Below are positions 1-9,640 of a stretch of DNA of 64,000 bases, piece after piece. The DNA is from a virus: positions 32,001 to 96,000 of the IMG/VR virus record IMGVR_UViG_3300046779_001735. One strand, 5' to 3'. Position 1 is the first letter of the stretch. Each line of letters opens with the position of its first letter. A program made the position numbers and the translations under genes. A model generated the notes under the pieces. The model made no database searches, had not been told where the DNA came from, and was given only the letters and a program-made list of their open reading frames with translations.

Positions 1-582
1 ATCATCTGTGCCCTGCGGTATACTGCGCCCACTCCAGGTCACACTTTCAAGTTCTACTACACTCAGACTGGTCCAGTCAATATAGTTGTCCGTGCCTTGT
101 ATTTCCAATGCGGGATTAAACAGTGTGAGTATCTGTTCAAGGATCTGCATTTTCTGGTTGGTATTGCTGGTCCAAATATCCAAGGTCAAGGTAAGTTTAT
201 AGGGCACCGGCATCAAGCGTTCAATGGTAAACGCATTTCCCTGTGTTACTTCATAGCTATCATTATCAGTATCGTAGTAACGTTGACGTACATTGATTTT
301 GTCAACAAAAGTTGGCTCTTGGATGCGTCCACGGTCATAATCAAGACTGGAAATATAAAAAGTCATGATTGGAGTGCTAGGCATGCTGTTGGTTGAATTT
401 TGTTGAATGATAGTCTGAGCATTGCGACTTGCATCACCATAGCGCACAGGCACACGATATAGGGTATCTGGTGGGGACACCCCAGCTTGATTTTGTCCAA
501 ACTCTACTTGAAAGTTGGAAAAGATTCTTGTAAATTGCAGCAAGAATCTACGAATTTGGCCGTCATAAAAAAACTGTTGCAT
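1..582 (-). CDS. T4 gp15-like tail completion/sheath stabiliser protein (runs off the window edge)
   Basis: Not in the ORF track; manual translation from ATG at 582 gives MQQFFYDGQIRRFLLQFTRIFSNFQVEFG...RVPVRYGDASR..., the typical gp15-like N-terminus; directly downstream of the gp14-like gene. Confidence 0.75.
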   Translation of the reverse strand, partial: MQQFFYDGQIRRFLLQFTRIFSNFQVEFGQNQAGVSPPDTLYRVPVRYGDASRNAQTIIQQNSTNSMPSTPIMTFYISSLDYDRGRIQEPTFVDKINVRQRYYDTDNDSYEVTQGNAFTIERLMPVPYKLTLTLDIWTSNTNQKMQILEQILTLFNPALEIQGTDNYIDWTSLSVVELESVTWSGRSIPQGTDD

Positions 583-584
583 AG

Positions 585-1961
585 TTAGCTTGATGGTTGT
601 CCGGGCTGGGTAGGCGGATATGGTTTAGGAGTTTTATTACCACCTTGATCTCCATTATCGGCTCTAGGTTTTAGTGCCTGACTAAGGCTTTGTCTACTAG
701 GTATTGGACCAAGGTCAGTGCTGTTTACAGTGTATGTATTGTTCACAAAACCTGAACGCAAGGTATTGTTGTCTGCACCAGGTGTAAGGTTGGTACGCAC
801 CACTTCTTCAATCTTGACCCAACGACTACCGTTGAATCTAAATAGTCTGTTTGGAAAGTAATCCAGCCGCAAACAATACTGTCCAACTTCGGCTTGCAGA
901 GGAAAACGTACTCCAGGCGTCACAGGCAAGCCATTAGGAGCAATGCCATCACCAGTAAGATAGCCAGATGTATAACCATCTGCTCTTGGCGTAAGATTCT
1001 CATTGCTTACAGTGCGGCTAGCGTCAGTTTGAGTGTAGTCAGCTGTATATGTACCAGGATCAGCAGGAGAACCGTCTGGGTTGGTGGGCAGGATATAGAA
1101 TTTAACAGTATCATAGCCACTCTTGGGTACTTCTTCCTCGGCCTGTACTAGGATAGCATCATTGATTTCAAGATCTTTGTTGCGTGTGCTTGCACTGTCT
1201 GCCAGAGTATTAATACGTGTTTTTTCAGCCCAATAGTCAGTGTTAGAAATGTCTATGTCTGCAGGTGTGTTTCGAAGAGCCACATAGTATACATCGTCAT
1301 AGTTCACAATGCTGCCAGCTGGATAGAAGTTGCCTGGATCCCAGATGTTTTCAGGCTCAAAAGGCTGTTGAAGAATGTCTTGATATTCCTGTGCATTGAC
1401 CATGGGCGTGGCCTTAACACGCCAGATGTGCGGTAACCAGGTTTGACTGAATCCTTCGCTAGCAAACGCAGCATCCTGCACTACATAAAACTTTGGCAAT
1501 GCTCGTGGTATGTTTGAATCCAGGGGATGAAAGTCACGTAGATTTGGAACTTCTAGTACGTCACCGTTCATGATCTTGCGTCCCAGTGTGTCAATCATGT
1601 CGTTGTAGTGAAATGTCACAAACAGAGTGTCATTGTTAAGGAACAGGCCAAACTGAGTTAGGTCAAAGTCAATATCTTGTGCACGGTACACTCCACGCAT
1701 CACATATACATCTGGATCATATGCACGATCGCGATTTTCTAGTAGCAGCAGATCTTGTATAAACAATGGACTTTCGCTGGCATAGTTTGGGATGGTAGCA
1801 TCATGCTGAGTATCGGTGGAACTGTCGCCTGTGACCTTGGGTCCAAGATACTTGTGTAGGTAGATATCAAGTCCGCCCACAGTGTATTGTTCCGAAATAG
1901 TTCGGTCAAAAAATTGGTAATCGCGAGTTCGATTAGGGCGGTATAGACTGAGTCTGGGCAT
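585..1961 (-). CDS. Neck/head-closure protein (T4 gp14-like) with an internal carbohydrate-binding-module-like insertion
   Basis: 458 aa ORF; DLTQFGLFL...GDVLEVP segment resembles gp14; position between gp13- and gp15-like genes; TAAATA on the minus strand at 1979-1984. Confidence 0.65.
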   Translation of the reverse strand: MPRLSLYRPNRTRDYQFFDRTISEQYTVGGLDIYLHKYLGPKVTGDSSTDTQHDATIPNYASESPLFIQDLLLLENRDRAYDPDVYVMRGVYRAQDIDFDLTQFGLFLNNDTLFVTFHYNDMIDTLGRKIMNGDVLEVPNLRDFHPLDSNIPRALPKFYVVQDAAFASEGFSQTWLPHIWRVKATPMVNAQEYQDILQQPFEPENIWDPGNFYPAGSIVNYDDVYYVALRNTPADIDISNTDYWAEKTRINTLADSASTRNKDLEINDAILVQAEEEVPKSGYDTVKFYILPTNPDGSPADPGTYTADYTQTDASRTVSNENLTPRADGYTSGYLTGDGIAPNGLPVTPGVRFPLQAEVGQYCLRLDYFPNRLFRFNGSRWVKIEEVVRTNLTPGADNNTLRSGFVNNTYTVNSTDLGPIPSRQSLSQALKPRADNGDQGGNKTPKPYPPTQPGQPSS

Positions 1962-2009
1962 TTGAGCGTTCCTTGCTGTATTTACCGGTTGAGCCGATGG
2001 CGGCTGTGG

Positions 2010-2038
2010 TTGACCAAATATCCCTAGGGTGTTATAAT
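2010..2038 (+). promoter_or_regulatory. sigma70-type early promoter
   Basis: TTGACC-17 nt-TATAAT. Confidence 0.8.
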
Positions 2039-2064
2039 TACTGAATATTCAAAATGGAGCTGCT

Positions 2065-3219
2065 ATGAGCAATGCAAAAACAGTTAAACCCACACGGCCT
2101 CTCAAGGCAATGACTTCTAAAACTGATGTCAAATACACCGGCTCTGAGCCTGAATGGAGAATACAGCCGGACAGCGATACCCGGTTAAGCAGCCTAAGCA
2201 GGGCGTTTGGATGGTATCACTACAGTTTTGGTAAAAAAGAAGCCAAGGAGCTGATCATTGATTGGTTGTCTAGGAACGAGCGATCAGTAGATGCCAAGGC
2301 CTTTGCTCGTGTACCCGAGCAATCAGTTAGTTGTACGTTTGGTTGGCTCAGCAGGATGAACCTAAGAGGGCTAGAGTTGCTCACAGAGGAAAAGAGTCGT
2401 TTGGACCAACATGTTGCAGATTTAATTGGTGCAGCAAAAAATATCAAACATATTGTAGAACAAGATTCAGAAGTAGTTGCAAAACCCAATATTCAAGAGC
2501 GATTGAAAGAAAAAGCTCAGGAGGTAGCAGGTGAACTTGAAGGAATGTTGGATAATATTATACAAGACAACGTTAAAATCACTGTCGAACACAAGCCTAT
2601 AAATCTGCTTCGGGGCATGAATATCAGTCAGCAGCATATCAGCGTAGTGAGAGACACATGGATAAAACATCGCGATGAATTTGCAGACGCTGTGGCGGGC
2701 AAGGATGCACAGCTAGTAGAAGCCTATGGTCACTTTGGTAAAATTCAGCTGCGAAACTTATTAAAGTTTGCAGAACAGGTGTTAGCTGACTGCGACAGTT
2801 ATGTGCAGATCAAAAAGGTAGAGCGCAGGCCACGCAAGAAAAAGCCTGTAAGTCCAGAAAAACTCACAGCTCGGTTCAAATATCTAAAAGAATTTCCTGA
2901 ACTCAAGTTGGTTAGCGAGCCTGTGACCAAGCTTGTGGGTGCAGGTGAAGCCTGGTTATATGACACAAAAAAGCGCAAATTAATCCATGTGGTAGCGGAT
3001 CAGCATGTCAGTGAGTTCACTGTTAAGGGATCGGCAATCGTGGGATTTGACGGCGGCGCCAGTATACAAAAAACACTGAGAAAGCCTGCGGAACAGATCA
3101 AGGCCTTGATGAGTGGGGGATTGCCTGCTGCTCGCAAATACTTCAAAGATATCAAGAGCACTGAAACCAAGTTTAATGGACGTGGCAACGAGAACCTAGT
3201 GCTACTGCGAATCCGGTAA
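2065..3219 (+). CDS. Hypothetical early phage protein, basic C-terminal domain
   Basis: 384 aa ORF with GGAG RBS and sigma70 promoter; no motif recognised. Confidence 0.7.
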   Translation: MSNAKTVKPTRPLKAMTSKTDVKYTGSEPEWRIQPDSDTRLSSLSRAFGWYHYSFGKKEAKELIIDWLSRNERSVDAKAFARVPEQSVSCTFGWLSRMNLRGLELLTEEKSRLDQHVADLIGAAKNIKHIVEQDSEVVAKPNIQERLKEKAQEVAGELEGMLDNIIQDNVKITVEHKPINLLRGMNISQQHISVVRDTWIKHRDEFADAVAGKDAQLVEAYGHFGKIQLRNLLKFAEQVLADCDSYVQIKKVERRPRKKKPVSPEKLTARFKYLKEFPELKLVSEPVTKLVGAGEAWLYDTKKRKLIHVVADQHVSEFTVKGSAIVGFDGGASIQKTLRKPAEQIKALMSGGLPAARKYFKDIKSTETKFNGRGNENLVLLRIR

Positions 3220-3222
3220 ATA
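3217..3222 (+). promoter_or_regulatory. T4-type late promoter core (TAAATA)
   Basis: TAAATA overlapping the upstream stop, before the neck gene; the same motif precedes many structural genes in the window. Confidence 0.6.
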
Positions 3223-3239
3223 CTGGATCAGGAGCAATT

Positions 3240-4001
3240 ATGCACGCAGGCACTCTAGACCAAATGAAACAGGAACTCATCGAATACACACAGCTTCAGC
3301 TGGGTGCCAACATGATTGATGTAGAGCTTGATCCTGCGCACTACGAAGCAGCATATCAAAGAACCATAGGAACCTATAGACAGCGTGCACAAAATGCATA
3401 TGAAGAATGCTATATCTTTATGGAATTGATCACTGATCAGAACGAATATTTTTTGCCGCAAGAAGTGGTGCAGGTCAAACAGATATTCAGAAGAACATTT
3501 GGTATAGCAACCGGGCCATTTAGCTCTGCGTTTGATCCCTTTAGTCAAGCCCAGATGCAGGTGTATCTCATGAACTTCAATCAAAGTGGTGGACTTGCTA
3601 CCTATGATTTTTATACTCAGTATGTGGAACTAGCAGCTAGAATGTTTGGTGGTTTCATTAACTTTACATGGAATCCTGTTACCAAAAAGCTACAACTCAT
3701 ACGTGATCCTAAAGGCACTGGTGAACAAGTGCTACTATGGGTATATCAACTCAAACCTGAAGTTCAACTGCTGCAAGACTATCAAATCAGCCAATGGCTG
3801 CGTGATTACATGGTAGCAGCCAGCAAAATGATGGTAGGCGAAGCACGTGAAAAGTTTGGGACTATTGCTGGTCCGGGCGGTGGTAGTACGCTTAACGGTA
3901 CTGCCATGAAAGCAGAAGCTCAAACACAGATGGATGTCTTGGTGGAACAACTCAAAAACTACATTGATGGATCTCAACCCTTAACCTGGGTAATTGGCTG
4001 A
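3240..4001 (+). CDS. Neck protein (T4 gp13-like head-tail adaptor)
   Basis: LGANMIDVELD N-terminus and EAREKFGTIAGPGGGSTLNG C-terminal motif typical of gp13. Confidence 0.8.
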   Translation: MHAGTLDQMKQELIEYTQLQLGANMIDVELDPAHYEAAYQRTIGTYRQRAQNAYEECYIFMELITDQNEYFLPQEVVQVKQIFRRTFGIATGPFSSAFDPFSQAQMQVYLMNFNQSGGLATYDFYTQYVELAARMFGGFINFTWNPVTKKLQLIRDPKGTGEQVLLWVYQLKPEVQLLQDYQISQWLRDYMVAASKMMVGEAREKFGTIAGPGGGSTLNGTAMKAEAQTQMDVLVEQLKNYIDGSQPLTWVIG

Positions 4002-4011
4002 TCACTCAGGC

Positions 4012-4040
4012 TTGACCTGCTGTGCATAGGCTGTTATAAT
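4012..4040 (+). promoter_or_regulatory. sigma70-type promoter, probably giving a leaderless mRNA
   Basis: TTGACC-17-TATAAT; ATG at 4047 is 7 nt after the -10 box; no SD. Confidence 0.8.
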
Positions 4041-4046
4041 AGCTCT

Positions 4047-4613
4047 ATGCACTTAATGATTGACATTGAAACTCTAGCCACAGCGCCGGACGCCACAATC
4101 CTCACTGTGGCAGCACAGTCTTTTGATCCTTTAGGACAGGGCTACTACGACTCCTGTTACTATGCAAGGGTGGATCTTGATAGTCAAAGCAATCGCAGCA
4201 TTGAACAAGGTACCATAGAATGGTGGTCCAAACAAAGCGATTTTGCTCGTGAAGAAGCCTTTGCGGAAGACAATCGTGTACCATTGGATCAAGTGCTTGA
4301 TGATCTAGGCAAACTTATATGGAAAAGCAGTGCCATCTGGGCCAACGGTCCTACGTTTGACATGACAATCCTAGAGAATGCCTATAAAAGTTATCAGAAG
4401 CCCTTGCCTTGGCAGTACTACAAAGTCAGAGATTGCCGTACGGTTTACATGCTATGGCCCAATGAAAAATTCAATGATACACCAGTGGCACCAATGTTGA
4501 TTAATAATCAAGCACATCGTCCCGCTAGTCATCATGCTTTGGATGACTGCAAACGACAGATTGATTTGCTACAAGAAACACTCAGGGCCATTGGCATAAA
4601 GGACTTGGTATGA
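4047..4613 (+). CDS. DEDDh 3'-5' exonuclease (DexA/Rv2179c-like)
   Basis: MIDIET, WANGPTFD, RDCRT and HHALDD motifs. Confidence 0.85.
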   Translation: MHLMIDIETLATAPDATILTVAAQSFDPLGQGYYDSCYYARVDLDSQSNRSIEQGTIEWWSKQSDFAREEAFAEDNRVPLDQVLDDLGKLIWKSSAIWANGPTFDMTILENAYKSYQKPLPWQYYKVRDCRTVYMLWPNEKFNDTPVAPMLINNQAHRPASHHALDDCKRQIDLLQETLRAIGIKDLV

Positions 4614-5284
4614 TCATAGGATTTGTGGGACTCATAGGGTCAGGCAAAGACACCGCAGCAGATTACCTTGTGAACTTTCATGGGTTTCGCCGGGACAGCT
4701 TTGCTGCCACGCTGAAAGATGCTGTGAGTGCTGTGTTTGGTTGGGACCGACTGATGCTTGAAGGCAGAACAGCTGAAAGTAGAGCCTGGCGTGAACAAGT
4801 TGACACCTGGTGGGCGCAAAGACTCAATATGCCCCATCTTACGCCTCGTTGGATATTGCAGCACTGGGGCACAGATGTGTTGCGCAATCATTTCAACGAT
4901 GATATCTGGATAGCTAGTCTTGAGCACAAGCTACAACGCAGCACCGATAACGTTGTAATATCAGATGTGCGTTTTCCTAATGAAATCAAAGCAATTCGCC
5001 GCGCTGGTGGGTATATTTACTGGATACAGCGTGGTGAACTACCACCATGGTACGAGTGTGCCTTGACAGAAAACACCACAGACGAGTATGACCAATGGTT
5101 ATTACAAGATGCGCACAAACTCATGGAGCAGTCTTGGCCTCAGGTTCATAATAGTGAGTGGGCCTGGGTTGGGCAAAGCTTTGATGCTGTTATTGACAAC
5201 AATAACAGTGTTGATGAACTTTATGATCAGCTTAAAAATCTGGTTCAAGATCACCGCGTCGCCATGGCCGATCTTGCCGCTTGA
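4610..5284 (+). CDS. Deoxynucleoside monophosphate kinase (T4 gp1-like)
   Basis: GLIGSGKDT P-loop, SFA..LKD, TPRWILQHWGTD, ISDVRFPNE. Confidence 0.9.
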   Translation: MIIGFVGLIGSGKDTAADYLVNFHGFRRDSFAATLKDAVSAVFGWDRLMLEGRTAESRAWREQVDTWWAQRLNMPHLTPRWILQHWGTDVLRNHFNDDIWIASLEHKLQRSTDNVVISDVRFPNEIKAIRRAGGYIYWIQRGELPPWYECALTENTTDEYDQWLLQDAHKLMEQSWPQVHNSEWAWVGQSFDAVIDNNNSVDELYDQLKNLVQDHRVAMADLAA

Positions 5285-5579
5285 TATCCTCCACACAGTT
5301 TCTACACACACTACGTAGATTGCGCGGCTCTACATTGTTTAAATCTCCATCAATGTGGTACACCAGTATCTGACTGGTACTTCGGCTTTTGAAACCACAA
5401 AGATCGCAGTTAGATTTTTTCTTGTATCCTGATTTTTTCCATTTTGGTTCTCTAGGACGTAGTTTTCTGTGTTTTCTAGAACAGGTATCGCACTTAGAGC
5501 GATAATGCACTTTATCAGGGCTATGGTAGTTTACAGCACAAGGTCGCTGTTCACAAACAATGCAAATTGGCCTTTTCAT
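5232..5579 (-). CDS. HNH-type endonuclease / Zn-binding protein
   Basis: CxxC pairs and HIDGDLNN...NLRSVCRNC; TAAATA on the minus strand at 5585-5590. Confidence 0.75.
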   Translation of the reverse strand: MKRPICIVCEQRPCAVNYHSPDKVHYRSKCDTCSRKHRKLRPREPKWKKSGYKKKSNCDLCGFKSRSTSQILVYHIDGDLNNVEPRNLRSVCRNCVEDIKRQDRPWRRGDLEPDF

Positions 5580-5643
5580 ATTGTTATTTACTAGCGTGCC
5601 TTTGCAAAGGGCAGCGTATCCTAGTAGTTTTTGGGGTTTCCGC

Positions 5644-5649
5644 TAAATA
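5644..5649 (+). promoter_or_regulatory. Late promoter core (TAAATA) for the tail sheath operon
   Basis: TAAATA followed by an AAGGA RBS and ATG at 5678. Confidence 0.65.
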
Positions 5650-5677
5650 TCAATAACTTGTAAAAGGAACCATCAAT

Positions 5678-8600
5678 ATGGCACTTACATCACCTGGCGT
5701 AGAAGTTACCGTAATCGACGAAAGTAACTACATCCCTGCAGCCACCAATACCGTACCGTTTATCATGATTGCCACTGCTCAGAACAAGATTTCTGGCACT
5801 GGTGCAGGCGTAGCCCCAGGAACACTGGCGGCGAATGCCAACAGAGTTTACACAATTACTAGTCAGCGTGATCTTGCCGCTACTTTTGGCGTACCGTTTT
5901 TCTATCAAACTTCAGCTGGCACTCCTATCAATGGCTATGAGCTTAATGAATATGGATTAATGGCAGCTTATTCATGCCTAGGTATTAGCAACCGTGCGTA
6001 TGTACAGCGTGCTGACATTGACCTAGCTGAACTAACTGCTACCCTGGTTCGTCCTACCGGTGACCCAGACAATGGCACTTTCTGGTTTGACACTGGCGTT
6101 AGTCGCTGGGGGATATTCCAGTGGAACGTGGCCACCGGTGCTTTCACTGAAATCACACCTTTGGTATTGACTAGCACTGATCAAATTGAACCAAGCCCAA
6201 GCACTCTGCCTCTTGAGTCAATTGGCAGCATTGGCAGCTACGCTATCAATGCTTTGAATGCTAACAATCCTGTGTATTACAAAAACTCTGTGAACGAATG
6301 GGTATTAGTTGGCAGCGATGCCTGGAAACTCAGCTGGCCAACTATCCAAGGAAGTTTGGCTCCGGTTACGCTGACTGAAAACACCACTTTCACAGTTAAC
6401 GACACACCTATTAACATTGCTGTGTCACCAAACAACACTGTGACCAGTGTGGTGTCTTCAATTAATGCTGCAAACATCCCTGGTGTAACAGCAGCCGTGG
6501 TTGATGGACGGTTGACTATCTATGCTGACAGTAACGCTACCAGTGATGGATCAACCGCTAATGGTGGTATTGTTACTGTATACAATGTAGTAGGCAACCC
6601 ACTTGGTGATCTTGGTATTACCCCAAGATCATATTATGCACCTGCACTGCAACAGAGTCCTAATTATCAAGTACCACGTTGGCGCGATACTGACGCGGAG
6701 CCCAAGGCTACTGGGTCTGTTTGGAACAAAACAACTTCTGCCAACCTAGGTGCAAATCTTGTAGTAAAGAAATACGATAGTATACTAGGTGCTTTTGTAC
6801 AGCAGAGCTGCCCAATCTATGCCAGCGATCAAGCTGCTAACAAAGCATTGGATCCAGCAGGCGGGGGGCAGAATATTCCTGCCAATACAACCTATGCAGT
6901 AACCAATGTTGAACAGGATGACACATTCACTCTTGAACTGCTTAAACGTCTGGCCACTGGGCCTACGAATGCCACTGGCAACGAAATTGATCCAGTGTTT
7001 ATTAATGGTACGAGTTTTACACTAAGAGCTAGCACTGCAAATAGTGATACGCTGACCAACGCTGTGACTGTGACCATTCTAGGATCAACACCTGCTGCAT
7101 TTGTAACCGCTGTAAGCGCAGCCAATGTGCCCAATGTTTCAGCTTCTGTGAATGCCAATGGCCAGATTGTGTTTACTCATTCACTAGGTGGCGTTATTCA
7201 AGTGGAAGATAATTCAGGTACGCCTTTGCTTACTGCTGGTATTGATCAGGCAATTAATGCAAGACAAAATCCTGATGGATCATATACTCTGAGCAACTGG
7301 GTTGAATTTGATTACACAGCCAGCAGCAATGCTCCTGATCAAGATCCGGCCAATGGACGTCTATGGTATTATTCAGCCGTGGATCAAGTTGACATCATGA
7401 TTAATGGTGATAATGGCTGGTCTGGATATCAGAATGTTACCAACGATGTGCGTGGATACAATTTGAGCCTGACCAATGCCACTGGCCCACAGTTTGCTAC
7501 ATCAGCGCCTACAACACAAAACGACGTAGCTCAAAGTCCCTTGGTTTATGGAGATCTTTGGATTGACACATCGGATTTAGAAAACTATCCACAACTTTAT
7601 CGTTGGGAAAACGCCGACGGCGAAGATCAATGGGTAAAAATCATCAACGCTGATCAAACCACTGAAAACGGTGTGTTGTTTGCTGATGCACGTTGGGCAA
7701 CCAACGGATCAGTAGATCCAATCACAGATACTATCCCAAGCATTGTGAGCCTGTTGACTTCAGATTATCTGGATCTTGACGCTCCAGATCCTGACCTGTA
7801 TCCCACAGGCATCCTGTTGTTCAACACACGTCGTTCAGGCTTCAATGTAAAGAGATTTGCTGTGGATTATTTTAATGCCACAGATTTCCCTGATCAAACA
7901 TTACCGGCCCAAAAGAATGCATGGGTCTCAGCTAGTGGACTCAAGAACGACGGCAGCGCATACATGGGCCGTCAGGCACAGCGTGCATTGGTCGTAGAAG
8001 CTCTTAAGTCTGGCATTGACTCAAACACTCAACTGCGTGAAGAGCAGTTGGTATACCAATTGATCGCAACTCCGCAGTATCCGGAGCTGGCTGTGAATAT
8101 GGTGGCCTTGAACAATGAACGCAACAACACAGGATTTGTGTTGCTTGATACTCCATTGCGTTTGAGTCCAGAAGGCACTGGTATTACTGATTGGGTAACA
8201 GACAACAACGGTGAAGGCCTACCAACTGGTGACGGACTGAACACTGCTAACCAGTATATGGCCACATTCTATCCAAGTTGCCAGACCACCGATCTAAGTG
8301 GCAATCCAATCGTACAGCCTGCAACACACATGATGCTGCGCACATTTATCCGCAATGACGAAGTGGCTTTCCCCTGGATGGCTCCAGCGGGCACACGTCG
8401 TGGTATAGTAGACAACGCTGCTCGCATTGGATATATTAATGCATTGACCGGCGAATTTGAACAACTAGGTGTGCGCCAAGGACTGCGTGATGTGCTGTAT
8501 GAAAACGCAATTAACCCAATTACCTTTATTCCTGGTGTGGGTATCACTAACTTTGGTAACAAGACCGCTACCAGCATTAGCTCAGCACTAAATCGTATTA

Positions 8601-8932
8601 ATGTAGCTCGTTTGGTTGCATTTATACGTGGACGTCTAGAGCAGATTGGCAAGCAGTTCTTGTTTGAACCAAATGATCAAATCACACGTGACGAAATCAA
8701 GAACAGTTGCGAGAGTCTAATGATTGATCTTGTGGCCAAGCGTGGTGTTTATGATTATCTAGTGGTGTGTGATCTAAGCAACAACACACCTGCCACTATT
8801 GATCGTAACGAACTCTATGTGGATATTGCAATTGAGCCTGTCAAGGCAGTTGAATTTATCTACATTCCGCTGCGAATCAAGAACACTGGTGAAATCAGTG
8901 CTGGACAGACAGCATCAGCACAGGCTATCTAA
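5678..8932 (+). CDS. Contractile tail sheath protein (T4 gp18-like), enlarged
   Basis: MALTSPGVEVTVIDES N-terminus; PWMAPAGTRRG, INPI, RINVARL, FEPND, IEPVKAVEFIYI C-terminal motifs. Confidence 0.95.
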   Translation: MALTSPGVEVTVIDESNYIPAATNTVPFIMIATAQNKISGTGAGVAPGTLAANANRVYTITSQRDLAATFGVPFFYQTSAGTPINGYELNEYGLMAAYSCLGISNRAYVQRADIDLAELTATLVRPTGDPDNGTFWFDTGVSRWGIFQWNVATGAFTEITPLVLTSTDQIEPSPSTLPLESIGSIGSYAINALNANNPVYYKNSVNEWVLVGSDAWKLSWPTIQGSLAPVTLTENTTFTVNDTPINIAVSPNNTVTSVVSSINAANIPGVTAAVVDGRLTIYADSNATSDGSTANGGIVTVYNVVGNPLGDLGITPRSYYAPALQQSPNYQVPRWRDTDAEPKATGSVWNKTTSANLGANLVVKKYDSILGAFVQQSCPIYASDQAANKALDPAGGGQNIPANTTYAVTNVEQDDTFTLELLKRLATGPTNATGNEIDPVFINGTSFTLRASTANSDTLTNAVTVTILGSTPAAFVTAVSAANVPNVSASVNANGQIVFTHSLGGVIQVEDNSGTPLLTAGIDQAINARQNPDGSYTLSNWVEFDYTASSNAPDQDPANGRLWYYSAVDQVDIMINGDNGWSGYQNVTNDVRGYNLSLTNATGPQFATSAPTTQNDVAQSPLVYGDLWIDTSDLENYPQLYRWENADGEDQWVKIINADQTTENGVLFADARWATNGSVDPITDTIPSIVSLLTSDYLDLDAPDPDLYPTGILLFNTRRSGFNVKRFAVDYFNATDFPDQTLPAQKNAWVSASGLKNDGSAYMGRQAQRALVVEALKSGIDSNTQLREEQLVYQLIATPQYPELAVNMVALNNERNNTGFVLLDTPLRLSPEGTGITDWVTDNNGEGLPTGDGLNTANQYMATFYPSCQTTDLSGNPIVQPATHMMLRTFIRNDEVAFPWMAPAGTRRGIVDNAARIGYINALTGEFEQLGVRQGLRDVLYENAINPITFIPGVGITNFGNKTATSISSALNRINVARLVAFIRGRLEQIGKQFLFEPNDQITRDEIKNSCESLMIDLVAKRGVYDYLVVCDLSNNTPATIDRNELYVDIAIEPVKAVEFIYIPLRIKNTGEISAGQTASAQAI

Positions 8933-8969
8933 TAGAATATGGACATGATTTTCCAGGATTGTTGTGCCA

Positions 8970-8975
8970 TAAATA
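8970..8975 (+). promoter_or_regulatory. Late promoter core (TAAATA)
   Basis: TAAATACTGTATATAGGA, nearly identical to TAAATACTGTATAGGA at 12095. Confidence 0.65.
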
Positions 8976-8994
8976 CTGTATATAGGAGATAAAC

Positions 8995-9636
8995 ATGGCC
9001 GTATCATCACTAACAAGAATGACAGTGCCACTGGCCAGCGATCAAAGCTCATCGACCCAGGGCCTGTTGATGCCCAAACTCAAGTATCGCTTTAGAGTGA
9101 TATTTGAAGGTTTGGGTGTGAGCACACCGCGCACTGAACTAACCAAACAGGTTATAGATTTTGCTAGACCAGAAGTGACTTTTGAAGAAATTCTAGTTCC
9201 AATTTATAACAGCACACTGAAGTTGGCCGGCAAACACAGCTGGGGCGACATCACAGTCAACCTACGCGACGATGCTGGTGGCAACGTGCAGAAACGTGTG
9301 GGCGAGCAGTTACAGAAGCAACTAGATTTCATGGAACAGGCTTCTGCAGCAGCAGGTATTGACTACAAATTTACCACCCGTTGTGAAGTACTAGACGGCG
9401 GTAATGGTACGTCAACACCAGTGGTGCTTGAGACCTGGGAGATCTATGGTTGCTATCTAAAAGGTGTCAACTACAACGACCTGAACTATGGAACAAGTGA
9501 AGCAGTTACAATCACAATGACCATGGCATTTGACAACGCATTGCAAACTCCAATTGGTTCTGGTGTTGGTGCATCAATTGGTCGTACTGTGGGTGACGTA
9601 ATCACAGGTTCATTAACAGGCGCTCCAGCAGCGTAA
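8995..9636 (+). CDS. Tail tube protein (T4 gp19-like)
   Basis: Follows the sheath gene; PKLKYRFRV, AGKHSW, ETWEIYGC motifs; strong AGGAG RBS. Confidence 0.85.
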   Translation: MAVSSLTRMTVPLASDQSSSTQGLLMPKLKYRFRVIFEGLGVSTPRTELTKQVIDFARPEVTFEEILVPIYNSTLKLAGKHSWGDITVNLRDDAGGNVQKRVGEQLQKQLDFMEQASAAAGIDYKFTTRCEVLDGGNGTSTPVVLETWEIYGCYLKGVNYNDLNYGTSEAVTITMTMAFDNALQTPIGSGVGASIGRTVGDVITGSLTGAPAA

Positions 9637-9640
9637 TCTA

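Noticed and set aside
97-396. 99-aa plus-strand ORF and the many other short antisense or nested ORFs in the track
   Set aside because: They overlap well-supported genes on the other strand or frame (here the gp15-like gene) and show no motifs or initiation signals
5232-5579. HNH gene as a mobile homing element
   Set aside because: Small, free-standing, has its own late-type promoter and no intron context; nothing shows mobility
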